Both the position numbers and the translations under genes were made by a program. A stretch of 64,000 nt of DNA from an uncultured Planctomycetaceae bacterium (GTDB lineage: Bacteria > Planctomycetota > Planctomycetia > Pirellulales > PALSA-1355), in NCBI GenBank assembly GCA_963779015.1, contig CAVZWY010000029.1:35153-99152 (forward strand), read 5' to 3'. Of the stretch, positions 52,441-62,528 are shown in pieces. Position 1 is the first letter of the stretch. Each line of letters begins with the position of its first letter. Below the pieces are notes generated by a model. That model worked only from the letters and a program-made list of their open reading frames with translations. It was not told the DNA's origin and searched no databases.

Positions 52441-52503
52441 AGGTAGCTCGGTGGAATCGTTTGCGAAATGCGTGCAGGGTTTCGAGGCGGGGACCTCCTG
52501 CTA

Positions 52504-52518
52504 GATTATCTGACAATC
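52504..52518. promoter_or_regulatory. Putative FadR-type operator overlapping the gntR promoter
   Basis: Near-palindrome GATTATC-T-GACAATC inside minus-strand TTGACG-N16-TAATCT. Confidence 0.55.
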
Positions 52519-52681
52519 GACGGCCGTCAAGACCCGTGATCGGCAACGGCCCCGCACGCACGCTGGCGGCGATTCCCGCCAAAGTTCGGATTTCACGTAC
52601 CTATTGCCCAATCCCCTCGATAAACTCTCTCAGTCGTGCCCAATTCCATTTCGAACGTATGAGTGACCCGCTCAACGCAAA

Positions 52682-53484
52682 ATGCACCCGGACGCATACA
52701 CCTCGCTGGCGGCGATGGAGCAGGTGGGTTGGTACTACCAGGCGAGGGCTCGCTGTTTGACACGCCTGGTCGAGCGATATGTTGCCCCCAATGGCCGTCA
52801 GCTTGACATTCTCGACGTCGGCTGCGGCACGGGCGGAACTTCGGCCGCGCTGCGGCCGTTTGGACGGGTCGTCGGTCTGGAACCCTCGCCGCTGGCAATC
52901 GAACTACTGAAAGCGAGTCATCCCGACATCGAGGTGGTGCCCGGCGCGGTGGCCGACCTCGGGTCACTATTCGCTGCCGAGCAATTCGACCTTGCCACGA
53001 TCATGGGCGTGCTCTATCACCGCAACGTCGCGGATCCGGGCGAGGCGCTGGCCAACGCGGGCGCGTGCTGCGGCCCGGCGGCTGGCTGATTTGGAACGAA
53101 GGCGTGTATCCGATACTGGTGCGCACGCACGACGAGTTTGTCGAAGCCGGTCGACGCTTCCGTCCACGCGAAATGCGCGCGCTGCTGAGAGGCGCTGGTT
53201 TTCGAGTACATTTTGCCTCGCACTTGCTGGGCTGGGCGTTTCCGATCGCGCCTGGCGCTGGCCTTGTCGCATCGTGCCCGACAGTCCCTGCTCGGCCCGC
53301 GCAGGTACGAAGCCCACAAGTCCGACGACCGGCGCTGCCAGGCGTGGTCAACGCGGCATTGCGGGAGCTTACTTACTTGGAATGGGCCGGCTCGCGATGG
53401 CACATCAAAGCTCCGCTGGGAGTGGCGTATCTGGCAATCGCCCAGAAGCCGCTGGAATCCGCGGGCGAACCTCGCGTCGGTTGA
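52682..53484 (+). CDS. Class I SAM-dependent methyltransferase (several apparent frameshifts)
   Basis: ILDVGCGTGG, FDL.....VLYH, then LRPGGWL and HDE in the next frame. Confidence 0.8.
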
Positions 53485-53589
53485 AATGCACGTCGTCACG
53501 CCGTGCGGTCCGGCTGGTATCGCCTGGGACGGTGGAATAGAATTCCGTTAGATATTGTTCGCCGTTCGTCCTTCTGGGGAGTTTGCGCG

Positions 53590-54789
53590 ATGGCTACGGA
53601 ATTGGTTGAAGCGGGTGCCGATGGGACGATTCCTGGCACAGGATTCACGAAAGCCCATCAGCTCTTTCGCGAGTCGGTGCGCCGCTTCATCGACCAGGAA
53701 ATCAATCCCTACGTCGACGAATGGGAACGCGATAAGATGTTCCCCGCGCACGAGGTCTTCAAGAAGGCGGGCGATCTCGGTTTGCTCGGCTTGTCCTACC
53801 CGGAAGAGTACGGCGGCGCCGGCGCGGACTATTGGTACAACATGGCGCTTTCCGAGGAGTTGGCGCACGTCAGTTGCGGCGCGATTCCGATGGCCTTGGG
53901 CGTGCAGTGCGACATGGCCACACCGGCTCTGAATACGTACGGCTCGCACGAACTCAAGAAACAATTCCTCGAACCGGCCATTCGCGGCGACGCCGTGTGC
54001 AGCGTGGCGGTCACTGAGCCCGAAGCCGGCAGTGACGTCGCGGGCATTCGCACCAAGGCCGAACGACAGGGCGGCGAATACGTCATCAACGGCAGCAAGC
54101 TCTATATCACCAACGGTGCGCAAGCCGATTGGATTTGCCTGCTCGCGCGGACGTCGTCGGGCACGGGCTATAAAGGCATGTCGCTGATCGTCGTGCCTAC
54201 CGACGTGAAGGGATTCGTGGTCGCCAAGAAGCTGGAAAAGATGGGCAACTGGGCCAGTGATACCGCCGAATTGGTTTTCGACAACGTGCGCGTGCCGGTA
54301 TCCAACTGTATCGGCGAAGAAGGCATGGGCTTCATCTATCAGATGCAGCAGTTCCAGAACGAACGCCTGGTCAGCTCGCTGGGGGCAGCCGCGGCCGCCG
54401 AGAAGATCCTGAAAATGACCATCGAGTACTGCCGCGGACGCAAGACCTTCGGCAAGCCGCTGATCGAGAATCAGTGGATCTACTTCAAGCTCACCGAGTT
54501 GATTTCCGAAGTCGAGTTTCTCCGGCAGATGTGTTATCACTGCGGCCGGTTGATGGACCGGGGGCAGGACTACACGCGTGAAGCCTCGATGGCCAAGCTC
54601 AAGGCCGGACGGCTGGCGCGGAAAGTGGCCGACACCTGCCTGCAATTCCACGGCGGCATGGGCTACATGGAAGAGTATCCAATGGCCCGCTACTACCGCG
54701 ATTCGCGCTTGTGGTCGATTGGCGCCGGCGCCGACGAGATCATGCTGGGCATTATCGCCAAGTACGAAGGCATCGCGCCGGGCCGATAG
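53590..54789 (+). CDS. Acyl-CoA dehydrogenase
   Basis: PEEYGG, VTEPEAGSDV, NGSKLYITNG, FQNERL, QFHGGMGY, IGAGADEIM. Confidence 0.95.
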   Translation: MATELVEAGADGTIPGTGFTKAHQLFRESVRRFIDQEINPYVDEWERDKMFPAHEVFKKAGDLGLLGLSYPEEYGGAGADYWYNMALSEELAHVSCGAIPMALGVQCDMATPALNTYGSHELKKQFLEPAIRGDAVCSVAVTEPEAGSDVAGIRTKAERQGGEYVINGSKLYITNGAQADWICLLARTSSGTGYKGMSLIVVPTDVKGFVVAKKLEKMGNWASDTAELVFDNVRVPVSNCIGEEGMGFIYQMQQFQNERLVSSLGAAAAAEKILKMTIEYCRGRKTFGKPLIENQWIYFKLTELISEVEFLRQMCYHCGRLMDRGQDYTREASMAKLKAGRLARKVADTCLQFHGGMGYMEEYPMARYYRDSRLWSIGAGADEIMLGIIAKYEGIAPGR

Positions 54790-54816
54790 TTGCGGCATGC
54801 CGCAGGCTCGCAGGCC

Positions 54817-57800
54817 CTAGGTCCAGTCGGCATGAGGTGACTGGACGGGACGTTCGGCTGCGGAATTGTCGTTGTCGCCGTTCGACTTGGCCGCGGTCGA
54901 CGACAAGCCGCCCTGGGCCGCACCACTTGCGACGGGAGTTTCCACCGGAGATTCCCACTCGACGTCTTCTTCCGGAGCATGTGCTCCGCCGCCGGTCATC
55001 AGCGTGTAGACGTAGTACATCGTCGGCGTGAGGAACAACACCAGCACGGTCGAAGCCAGCAGTCCGAAGCAGAGGCTGGTGGCCATCGGGATGACGATTT
55101 GCGCTTGGAACGACCGTTCGAGCAAGATCGGCAGCAAACCGGCCACGGTGGTGACGCTCGTTAGCATCACGGGCCGCAGCCGCTGCGCCGGCATCGACCA
55201 GCGCATCTTTGATCGACAGGCCGTCGGAGACGCGATGGTTGATAAAGTCGATCAACACGATCGAGTCGTTGACCACCACGCCGGTCAGCGCCACCAAACC
55301 GAACAAACTGAACATGGTGAGCTCCATGCCCATCAGAAAGTGGCCCCAAATGGCGCCGATGATGCCGAAAGGAATGATGGCCATGACCAACATAGGTTGC
55401 AGATACGAGCGAAACTCCACCGTCAAAAGCACGAACATGGCGACCATGGCGATCATCAGCCCGATGCGCAAGCTCTCCATCGATTCGGTGGTGCGTTCCT
55501 GCTGTCCTTCCCACAGCACGTGAACCGCGGGATACTTTTCCAGCAACCCGGGCATGAAGCTCGTGCGCAGGTCCTGCACGATGTTGTAGGCGTTGCCGGT
55601 CGTTTCATCGATGTCGGCCGTGATGGCGATGGCCCGCAACTGGTCGATGCGATTGATTTCGGCATAGCCCCGGGCCACGGTGACGTCGGCCATCTCGGTG
55701 ATCGGCCGTTCGCCGCCGCCGGCGGTACGAATGCGAATCTCCTCGAAGTCGGCCAGCGAACGGCGATCTTCCTGGGGATAGCGAACCATCAGCTTCACTT
55801 CGTGGCGGCCGCGCTGCAGCCGCATCACCTCTTCGCCGTAATACGATGCCCGCACCGTCTCGGCCAAATCGGCCAAGGGGATACCCATGGCCATGGCGTT
55901 TTGTTTGACCTTCAATTGAAACTCCCATTTGCCGGGACGCGAATCGTCGGCAATGTCAAACACCGAAGAGTAGTCCGACAAACGGGCCTTGGTTTCCTCG
56001 ACGGCGCTTTCGAGATGTTCCATGTGCTCGGCATCCGCCAGCAGCCGAAACTCGATGGGACGTCCGCCCGGGCCGAAGTCCGGAATCTGGAACGTCACGC
56101 TCTCGGCGCCGGGAAAGCCACCGGATGTTTTCCGCCATTGGGCAATAATCTCTCGGCTGTGGAGGTCGCGCTTGTCGGTTTCGACCAGTTCGACATTGAC
56201 GCCGCCCACGTGGCTCCCGGTGGAACGGGTGTCAGGTCCCATCGCTCCCGGCGCACTAATCTGACCGACGACGCGATGCACATAGCGCACGATCGGCGTT
56301 CCATGCGACTGTTGGTATTGGTCGTTGATCGCCATGATCGCCTTTTCGATCCGCGCCGTGGCGGCATCGGTCACGGCGGCCGGAGTGCCATCGGGATAAA
56401 CAATCCGGGCGATGATCTGCTTGCTGTCGATCGATGGAAATACGTTGAATGGCACCTTGCCCGAGGCCACCAAACCGAGCGAAACGAACAGAATGGCAAC
56501 GGCCACCGAGATCGTGATGGCGGTGTGGTCGATCGTCCAGCGTACGGCCGGACGATAATAGTCGTTGATGACCTTGGAAAGTCCGCGGTTCGACTGCACA
56601 TTGATCCAGGCAAATAGATCTCCCAAGCGGCGCAACGGATAGCTGAAATGGGTCCAGAGGAACGCCAGTCCGAATATCACGCTGCCGAACGTCGCCGACA
56701 CCGCCGGCGACATCACCCCCCGCCAACGCCGAGTCTTGCCCAGCAGCGACTCGGTGTCGGGCGGATGCCCAAGATGGCACGGCAGTACGAGCGTCGCCTC
56801 GGCGAGCGAAATGAGCAGCGCCGAAATCACCGCGGGCGGCATCACGCCGATGAACTTGCCCATGACACCCGCTACGTATGCCAGCGGCACGAAGGCAATC
56901 ACGGTCGTGAATACGGCGGAGAAAATACTGGGCACCACCTCGGCAGTTCCGTCAATCGCGGCGCGGAAGAAGCTTTTGCCGGCTTGCCGATGCGAATAGA
57001 TGTTTTCGCCAACCACGATGGCGTCGTCCACGAGGATGCCCAGCACCATCAGAAAAGCGAAACTGGAAAGCATGTTGAGCGTGTGGCCCGAAAGATACAA
57101 CACGGCGCACGTGCCCAGAATCGAGATGGGGATGCCCAGCGCCACCCAGAAGGCCAACCGCAACTCGAGGAACACGGCCAACAACAGGAAGACCAACAAC
57201 AGCCCTTGAATTCCGTTCTTGAGCAACATGTCGAGTCGGTCGCGCACCTCGATCGACTGGTCACCCCAGGTCACGAGCTGGTAGCCAGGCGGCAACTCGG
57301 TCGTCGCGACATAGCGTTTCACGTCGGCGACCATCGCCAGCAAGTCCTCGGTCTCGGTCCGCTCGACCGAAATGGCCAGGCCAGGGCGTCCGTTGATGCG
57401 GCTGATCGAGGTGACCGAATCGTCGAACTCGTCGCGCACCGTGCCCAAGTCGCCTACCCGCAACACCACGCCACCGGGAGAGGTCACCAGCGGGATGTCG
57501 AGAATATGCTCGCCAACGGAGCGCTTGTTTTTGCCCCGCAACAGCACTTCTTGCGAATCGGTGCGCATCGTGCCGCCGGGAATCTCCACGTTTTGGCGGC
57601 GTACGATCAGGGCCACCTGCTGCAGGGTCAGTCCATACTTGCGTAGCGTTTCTTCGGGAATTTCAATGTCGATTTGATACTCGCGCGCCCCGACGATGCT
57701 GGCCTGCGAGACGGCCGGCTGGTGCAGCAGGTCATCGCGCACGTGTTCCGCAATGTCGCGCAAGCGCAGGTCCGACTCCGGATCATCGCTTTGGGGCCCG

Positions 57801-58231
57801 AAAATGCCGACGCTGATCACGGGCTGGCGCATCGTGATCTGCTTGACTTCGCGTTCTTCGGCCAGTTCGGGAAAGCTGGGAATGCGATCCACCTCGGAGC
57901 GCACTTCGTTGAGCGTCTTTTGCACGTCTTCGATGTCGGCTTCCAGCTCGATGACGACGAAGCCCGCTCCTTCCTGAGCGATCGAAACCTGCTGTTTGAT
58001 GCCCTCGATCGGGCGCACGGCCTCTTCGATCTTTTGGCAGATGCCTTCCTCCACCTCGTCCGGGCTGGCGCCGGGATAAGGAACGCTGACGAGAATGATT
58101 TCCAGATCGAAGTCCGGAAACACTTCGCGTCGCATCCGCGTGAGGCAGAACAGGCCCACGATGATCGCCGAGACCATGAGGGTGTTCATGGCCGGTGAGT
58201 TGCGGACCGCCCATTGAATAACCGACTTCAT
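54817..58231 (-). CDS. RND efflux permease (AcrB family; apparent frameshift ~55186)
   Basis: GILVDDAIVVGENI, GVVVNDSIV; RLRPVMLTSVTT..GL.P in the shifted frame. Confidence 0.92.
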
Positions 58232-59649
58232 GGGGCGGCCTGCTCCAAAACGGCCATGCCGTCGACGGCCACGGCCAAGGGCGTGCTCACCAACTTCATC
58301 CCCGGCTGCAACCCCGACTCGTCGGCATAGACCAGCACGAGATCATCGGTGGCGTCGGCCACGCGCACTTTGCGAATGACCAGCTTGCCATTGGCAACCT
58401 GCCAGACTCGATTGCCCGGCTGAAGCGATCGATGCGGAATCTCCAACAGCGTCATCCGCGGCTGCGCGTGCACATTCACCGCAACGTACATGCCACGGAC
58501 CAAGGCCGGAGGTCCGACGGACGAAAAGGCCGGATCCTTGCTCCCTTCAACTCGCAGCACTTCGCGCGGTTTTGCCACCAGCACCCGGCAGGGCACGGTT
58601 CGAGTCCGTTCATCCAGTCCGATGCCATCGAACCGGGACAAGATACCCTCCCACGTATAGCGGCGACCGCCCAGTTCGTAGCCGATCGTTACCGGCGCGC
58701 GCGGGATCTGATAGTCGCGCGTGATGCTGCCGGCGTCCCCCTCGGGCATTTCGTTCGACTGGGCCCACAACCAGTACAGGTCTTCCATCCGCAGATTGCA
58801 CTTTACTTCAACCGCCGAGGTATCCTCGATCTTCACCAGCGAAGTGCCCTTTTGGACGTACGAATCTTCTTCGATCATTTCGCGAATGATGACGCCGTCG
58901 ATCGGGGCTACGACCTTCGTGCGGGCCAGGTCGAGCTGGGACTTTTCGAGCTGCGACTGCCAAAGGTCGTGGGCGTTCACCAGCCGGTTGCGCCGCGTGT
59001 TCAGCAATTGCAACTGGTTTTCCAGTTGGATCACCGAGTTGAGCGCCGACAACTCGTCGCGTTTGGTCTGCTCCAGTTCGGAATCCGAGATGATCTTTCG
59101 GCTGGCCAATTGCTCTTGCCGTTGCAAGTCCCTGCGCTGCAAGGTGTGCTGCTGTTTGGCCACTCCAACCAGGGCCTTGGTGTTGGAAACCTCGACGTCC
59201 AATTCTTCGATCTGCACGGCGGCCTGCGACAGTTCGCGGCGCAGCCGTTCCACGTCCAACTCGTAGTCGCGCGGATCGATCTCGACGAGCGGCGTGCCCG
59301 CAGTAACGTACGTGCCGGCGCGGCATTTTGCGGAGCGCTTGGCGATGCGGCCGGTAACTTCGGCAGCCAGGTCGATTTCGCGATGCGGCACGACCAGGCC
59401 ATCGACCGTGATCTCGAGCCCGCCGGAATGCGGCTGTACGACAACGGTTTCGACCATGGGCGCCACGGCTTGGACGCGCTGGTTTTGCGGCGCAGCCTTC
59501 GTGCTGCGCAACACCGCAAAAGCAACCAGCCCCAGGATGAGAATACCGATCGGCGCACCGATCCGCGCGGCCTCGACCAACAGCGAACTGCTGTCGGTTC
59601 GCGCGGATTTCTCAGTGCGAGATAGAGGAGCAGCCAAGTCTTGCTTCAT
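58228..59649 (-). CDS. RND periplasmic adaptor (membrane fusion protein)
   Basis: TM anchor, AEVTGRI, long coiled coil, APIDGVI, RTRT, GMYV; ATGA overlap with the permease. Confidence 0.9.
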   Translation of the reverse strand: MKQDLAAPLSRTEKSARTDSSSLLVEAARIGAPIGILILGLVAFAVLRSTKAAPQNQRVQAVAPMVETVVVQPHSGGLEITVDGLVVPHREIDLAAEVTGRIAKRSAKCRAGTYVTAGTPLVEIDPRDYELDVERLRRELSQAAVQIEELDVEVSNTKALVGVAKQQHTLQRRDLQRQEQLASRKIISDSELEQTKRDELSALNSVIQLENQLQLLNTRRNRLVNAHDLWQSQLEKSQLDLARTKVVAPIDGVIIREMIEEDSYVQKGTSLVKIEDTSAVEVKCNLRMEDLYWLWAQSNEMPEGDAGSITRDYQIPRAPVTIGYELGGRRYTWEGILSRFDGIGLDERTRTVPCRVLVAKPREVLRVEGSKDPAFSSVGPPALVRGMYVAVNVHAQPRMTLLEIPHRSLQPGNRVWQVANGKLVIRKVRVADATDDLVLVYADESGLQPGMKLVSTPLAVAVDGMAVLEQAAP

Positions 59650-60006
59650 GATCCGAAGTATCGTGCAAGGGCGCAGTCAGAAACGGGCAAACGGCATTGA
59701 GCGGTTCGCCACGTGGGGCCGAAACTTGGCCGGGCAAGCTTCGGGGGGGCATACCGCCTATTATTGCTCGGCTGCCCATATTTTGCACGCCCAAACTCCT
59801 CGCTAATATTCCGCGTCCGTTGGCGGCGGCAGCGCGAACCGGGAATCAAAACAACCGATCCCAACCGCCTTTTTGGCATATCCGCTGGACACTTTGCGGC
59901 GCAGCAGGTTCGGACGAGCGCAAGAATCCACCGCTACCCCGTAGTACCCAGCGGGAGCACGGTTTGTGTCGTTCGCACTGGCGATATGCCCGGCAGAAGT
60001 CGACCG

Positions 60007-60312
60007 TCAGGGCGCCGGCGTGGCTTCGCTTGCCGACAGCAAGCCGTCGCCATCTTCGTCCAGACGGCGGAAGTCGTCCGCCGGACCGAGAAACTCGCGA
60101 TTCGAGACGTCGCCGTCTCGGTTGCGGTCCATCGCCAAAAACCACTCGGGGCCGGAGGAGGGCGGGGCAGCCACGGTCAATACCGACTGCGGACGCCCGC
60201 GGCTGGCAACCGCCCGGAGCTGGTAGGGAATGCGGGTCAGATCGAGGTGCTCGTCAACAACGCAGTTTTCGGCTTCGATCCGACCCCAAGCGCCGCGCAA
60301 CGAAATGCTCAC
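60007..60312 (-). CDS. Small EF-hand protein
   Basis: GPEWFLAMDRNRDGDVSNREF and LDEDGDGLLSASEA (two EF loops); GTG start overlaps the upstream TGA (GTGA). Confidence 0.65.
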   Translation of the reverse strand: MSISLRGAWGRIEAENCVVDEHLDLTRIPYQLRAVASRGRPQSVLTVAAPPSSGPEWFLAMDRNRDGDVSNREFLGPADDFRRLDEDGDGLLSASEATPAP

Positions 60313-61148
60313 GACGCGTGGGCCGAGGAAAGCAGCGGCTGGGGGCGTGGGGCCGCTGGCTGTTCGCCATATTGCCAAAGCACGCCGCGGCTGCCTTCGC
60401 ATTGGAAGCATATCAGCCGCGACCCGCGAAAGTGATTGAGCAAGCGGACCGTCTCCGGCAAGCGGCTGGCGACGCCATCAGGCCCCATCAACGGATCGTC
60501 AATCCGCGCGGGCCAGTGCTGTTCTTCAAAGGCCGCCAGGACCGACTCCTGGTCGAACGAGGGCACCGTGAAACGTTTCACGACGGTCTGGCCGATCCGC
60601 AGCTCATGCCGATCACGGTCCCAATGCGGCGCGGGTGGGTCGGGTGACGTCATTTGCTCGTGAAGCGAACGCTCAACCGCGGAAAAGTCGATCCGTGGCC
60701 CACGCGAACCAGCCTGGCCGCGGACTTCGCGCGCCAACGTTGCTCCGGCCGGCGTCAGCACGAAGCAAGATCGCTTGCCGAACACAACGCGCTCGCGCGT
60801 GCGGAAGGCGCGCGTTGCCTCGCTGCTGGCATCGATCTCGATCGCGTGCTCGATCAATCCGCGCGCGTGAAGCCAACGGAGATCATTGTTCGAGAGCTTG
60901 AGCCGCCGCAAGCTCGACAGTTCGACGGCAAAATCCCAGGGCGTGGCTTGCAGATCCTGGGCATAGTCGAGCCCTTCGAGCAAACTGGCAAGTGCAGCCC
61001 CGATCGGTCCATCGAGCGTGACGCCCAATACCGCGGGCGTGCTCGATAGTTCGGAAGTGGGTGGGTTATCGAAGCCGATTTCCGCCGGAGGGCGTTCGGT
61101 ATTTTCCGCTGGAGGGTATTCGATCGTCGGCATTTTCAAGGTGGCCAT
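60309..61148 (-). CDS. Uncharacterised putative winged-helix regulator, paralog 1
   Basis: RBS ggag; WDFAVE..DLRWL...G.IEH..E..CFVLT..G and PHWD...ELR....VKRF..P..QE.VL.AFEE..WP.RIDDPL. Confidence 0.75.
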   Translation of the reverse strand: MATLKMPTIEYPPAENTERPPAEIGFDNPPTSELSSTPAVLGVTLDGPIGAALASLLEGLDYAQDLQATPWDFAVELSSLRRLKLSNNDLRWLHARGLIEHAIEIDASSEATRAFRTRERVVFGKRSCFVLTPAGATLAREVRGQAGSRGPRIDFSAVERSLHEQMTSPDPPAPHWDRDRHELRIGQTVVKRFTVPSFDQESVLAAFEEQHWPARIDDPLMGPDGVASRLPETVRLLNHFRGSRLICFQCEGSRGVLWQYGEQPAAPRPQPLLSSAHAS

Positions 61149-61237
61149 GGCTATGTCTCCGCGTCGAGAGAATCATCAAAGTCGGCGCCATCATGGTTGT
61201 CTTCTCCCTGCCGTTCTCTGTCCGCCAAAGGGCCGCC

Positions 61238-61276
61238 AAAAAAAAGCCCGTGCTCTCCGTCAATGGTGAGCCGGGC
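61238..61276 (-). terminator. Leader terminator (attenuator) upstream of paralog 1
   Basis: Minus strand GCCCGGCTC..GAGCACGGGC followed by T8. Confidence 0.75.
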
Positions 61277-61314
61277 ATACATACCCTGCGTCTCGGCTAA
61301 TCCTAAGCGGACTA

Positions 61315-61342
61315 AGCATACCGATTTAGCGGGGTTTGTCAA
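61315..61342 (-). promoter_or_regulatory. Sigma70 promoter for paralog 1
   Basis: Minus strand TTGACA-N16-TATGCT. Confidence 0.7.
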
Positions 61343-61504
61343 CCATGCTGGTGTTAGTGATTGGTGCGATTCATGCGCGAAACCAATTCGGGCAATCTGC
61401 TCCTCGGGCGCACTCGACACGGCCGCCGGCTCGACTATGATCTTGAGAGGCCACTGCACATTGATACTCACTCTGCCCAACTCACCTCGACGACTACTTG
61501 CCCC

Positions 61505-62245
61505 ATGCCGAGGACTGGTACCGACTTGCTGTGCCCGCCGGAACCGCAGAGCCAGAGCGAGGCGGCGGCGATTTCGCGGGCGGATGTCCGACCCCACATG
61601 AGCGAAGCATTGGCTTTGCTCTTGCAAGCGCATGACTATGCGCTGGAGCTCGGACAGGACAGTTGGGATATGGCCGTCGAACTGGAGATACTTCGGTCGG
61701 CCAAACTGAGCAACAGCGACTTGCGCTGGCTGTTGGCCAAGGGATATATCGACCACGCCGTCGAGGCTACCGGAGCGGAGGACGCCGCGCGACACTTTCG
61801 CCGCTCTTTGCTATTGAAGTTTTCCGCTCCGACCTGCGTGGTACTGACTCGCTCGGGCGTGGCCGTTGCCCGCGAGGCATTGACGTCGGACCAATCCAAC
61901 GTCGCGGGCGGGCCGCAAGTCAGCATCTGCCAACTGTCGCCGGCGGACGAATTGACGGAGCGACCCAAGTGGGACGAGCAGCGGCGGCAATTGCGCGTGG
62001 GCCGCGCACTGGTGAAGGAGTTCAAGCTACCCTCGCCGAATCAGGAAACGGTGCTGATGGCGTTCGAGGAAGAAGGCTGGCCCCCGAGGATCGACGACCC
62101 GTTGCCACCGGTGGCGCAGCTCGATCCGAGACGTCGGTTGCACGATACGATCAAGGCGCTCAATCGCAAGCAGAAGCACGGCTTGATCCGATTTCGCGGC
62201 GACGGCAGCGGCGAGGGGATTCGCTGGGAACCGTTGAATTCCTAG
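61505..62245 (+). CDS. Uncharacterised putative winged-helix regulator, paralog 2 (start uncertain)
   Basis: Same motif series as 60309-61148, plus RRLHDTIKALNR...IRFRGDGSGEGIRW. Confidence 0.75.
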   Translation: MPRTGTDLLCPPEPQSQSEAAAISRADVRPHMSEALALLLQAHDYALELGQDSWDMAVELEILRSAKLSNSDLRWLLAKGYIDHAVEATGAEDAARHFRRSLLLKFSAPTCVVLTRSGVAVAREALTSDQSNVAGGPQVSICQLSPADELTERPKWDEQRRQLRVGRALVKEFKLPSPNQETVLMAFEEEGWPPRIDDPLPPVAQLDPRRRLHDTIKALNRKQKHGLIRFRGDGSGEGIRWEPLNS

Positions 62246-62528
62246 CCGTTTGGATCCACGCCGGCAGTTGGCGGACACTGCCGTCAAACGCTTTTCGATC
62301 GCGAAATCTGGCCGCCAGGGTTGCGTCTCGCTCCGGAGCGTGCCCCCAGCATTCCCCTCCATTCACCTTGGCGACGAAATCGTCGCGACTATGCTTTTGA
62401 TTTGTGACTCGCCGCTGCAAGTTCGTAGCGAGCGGTTCGATATGCGGGCCGGGAGTCGGGGTCTGGAAGGCGCGGTTGGGGCAGCCGTGTTGCCACGCAT
62501 GCGCGCCTTCCATGTCTAGGTCAAAAGC

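Noticed and set aside
958-59625. Numerous long antisense or alternate-frame ORFs (e.g. 48543-50498, 55028-56617, 3267-4877)
   Set aside because: Shadow ORFs expected from high GC3 codon bias; Arg/Gly/Pro-rich, motif-free and overlapping well-supported genes
59650-59800. c-di-GMP-I riboswitch (ggcaaac...gaaa)
   Set aside because: The P1/P2 pairing and the GCAAAG 3' element could not be formed, and the orientation is opposite to the adjacent genes
61066-61195. Upstream ORF with a good RBS overlapping the start of paralog 1
   Set aside because: Short and motif-free; cannot distinguish a uORF from chance or a frameshifted N-terminus
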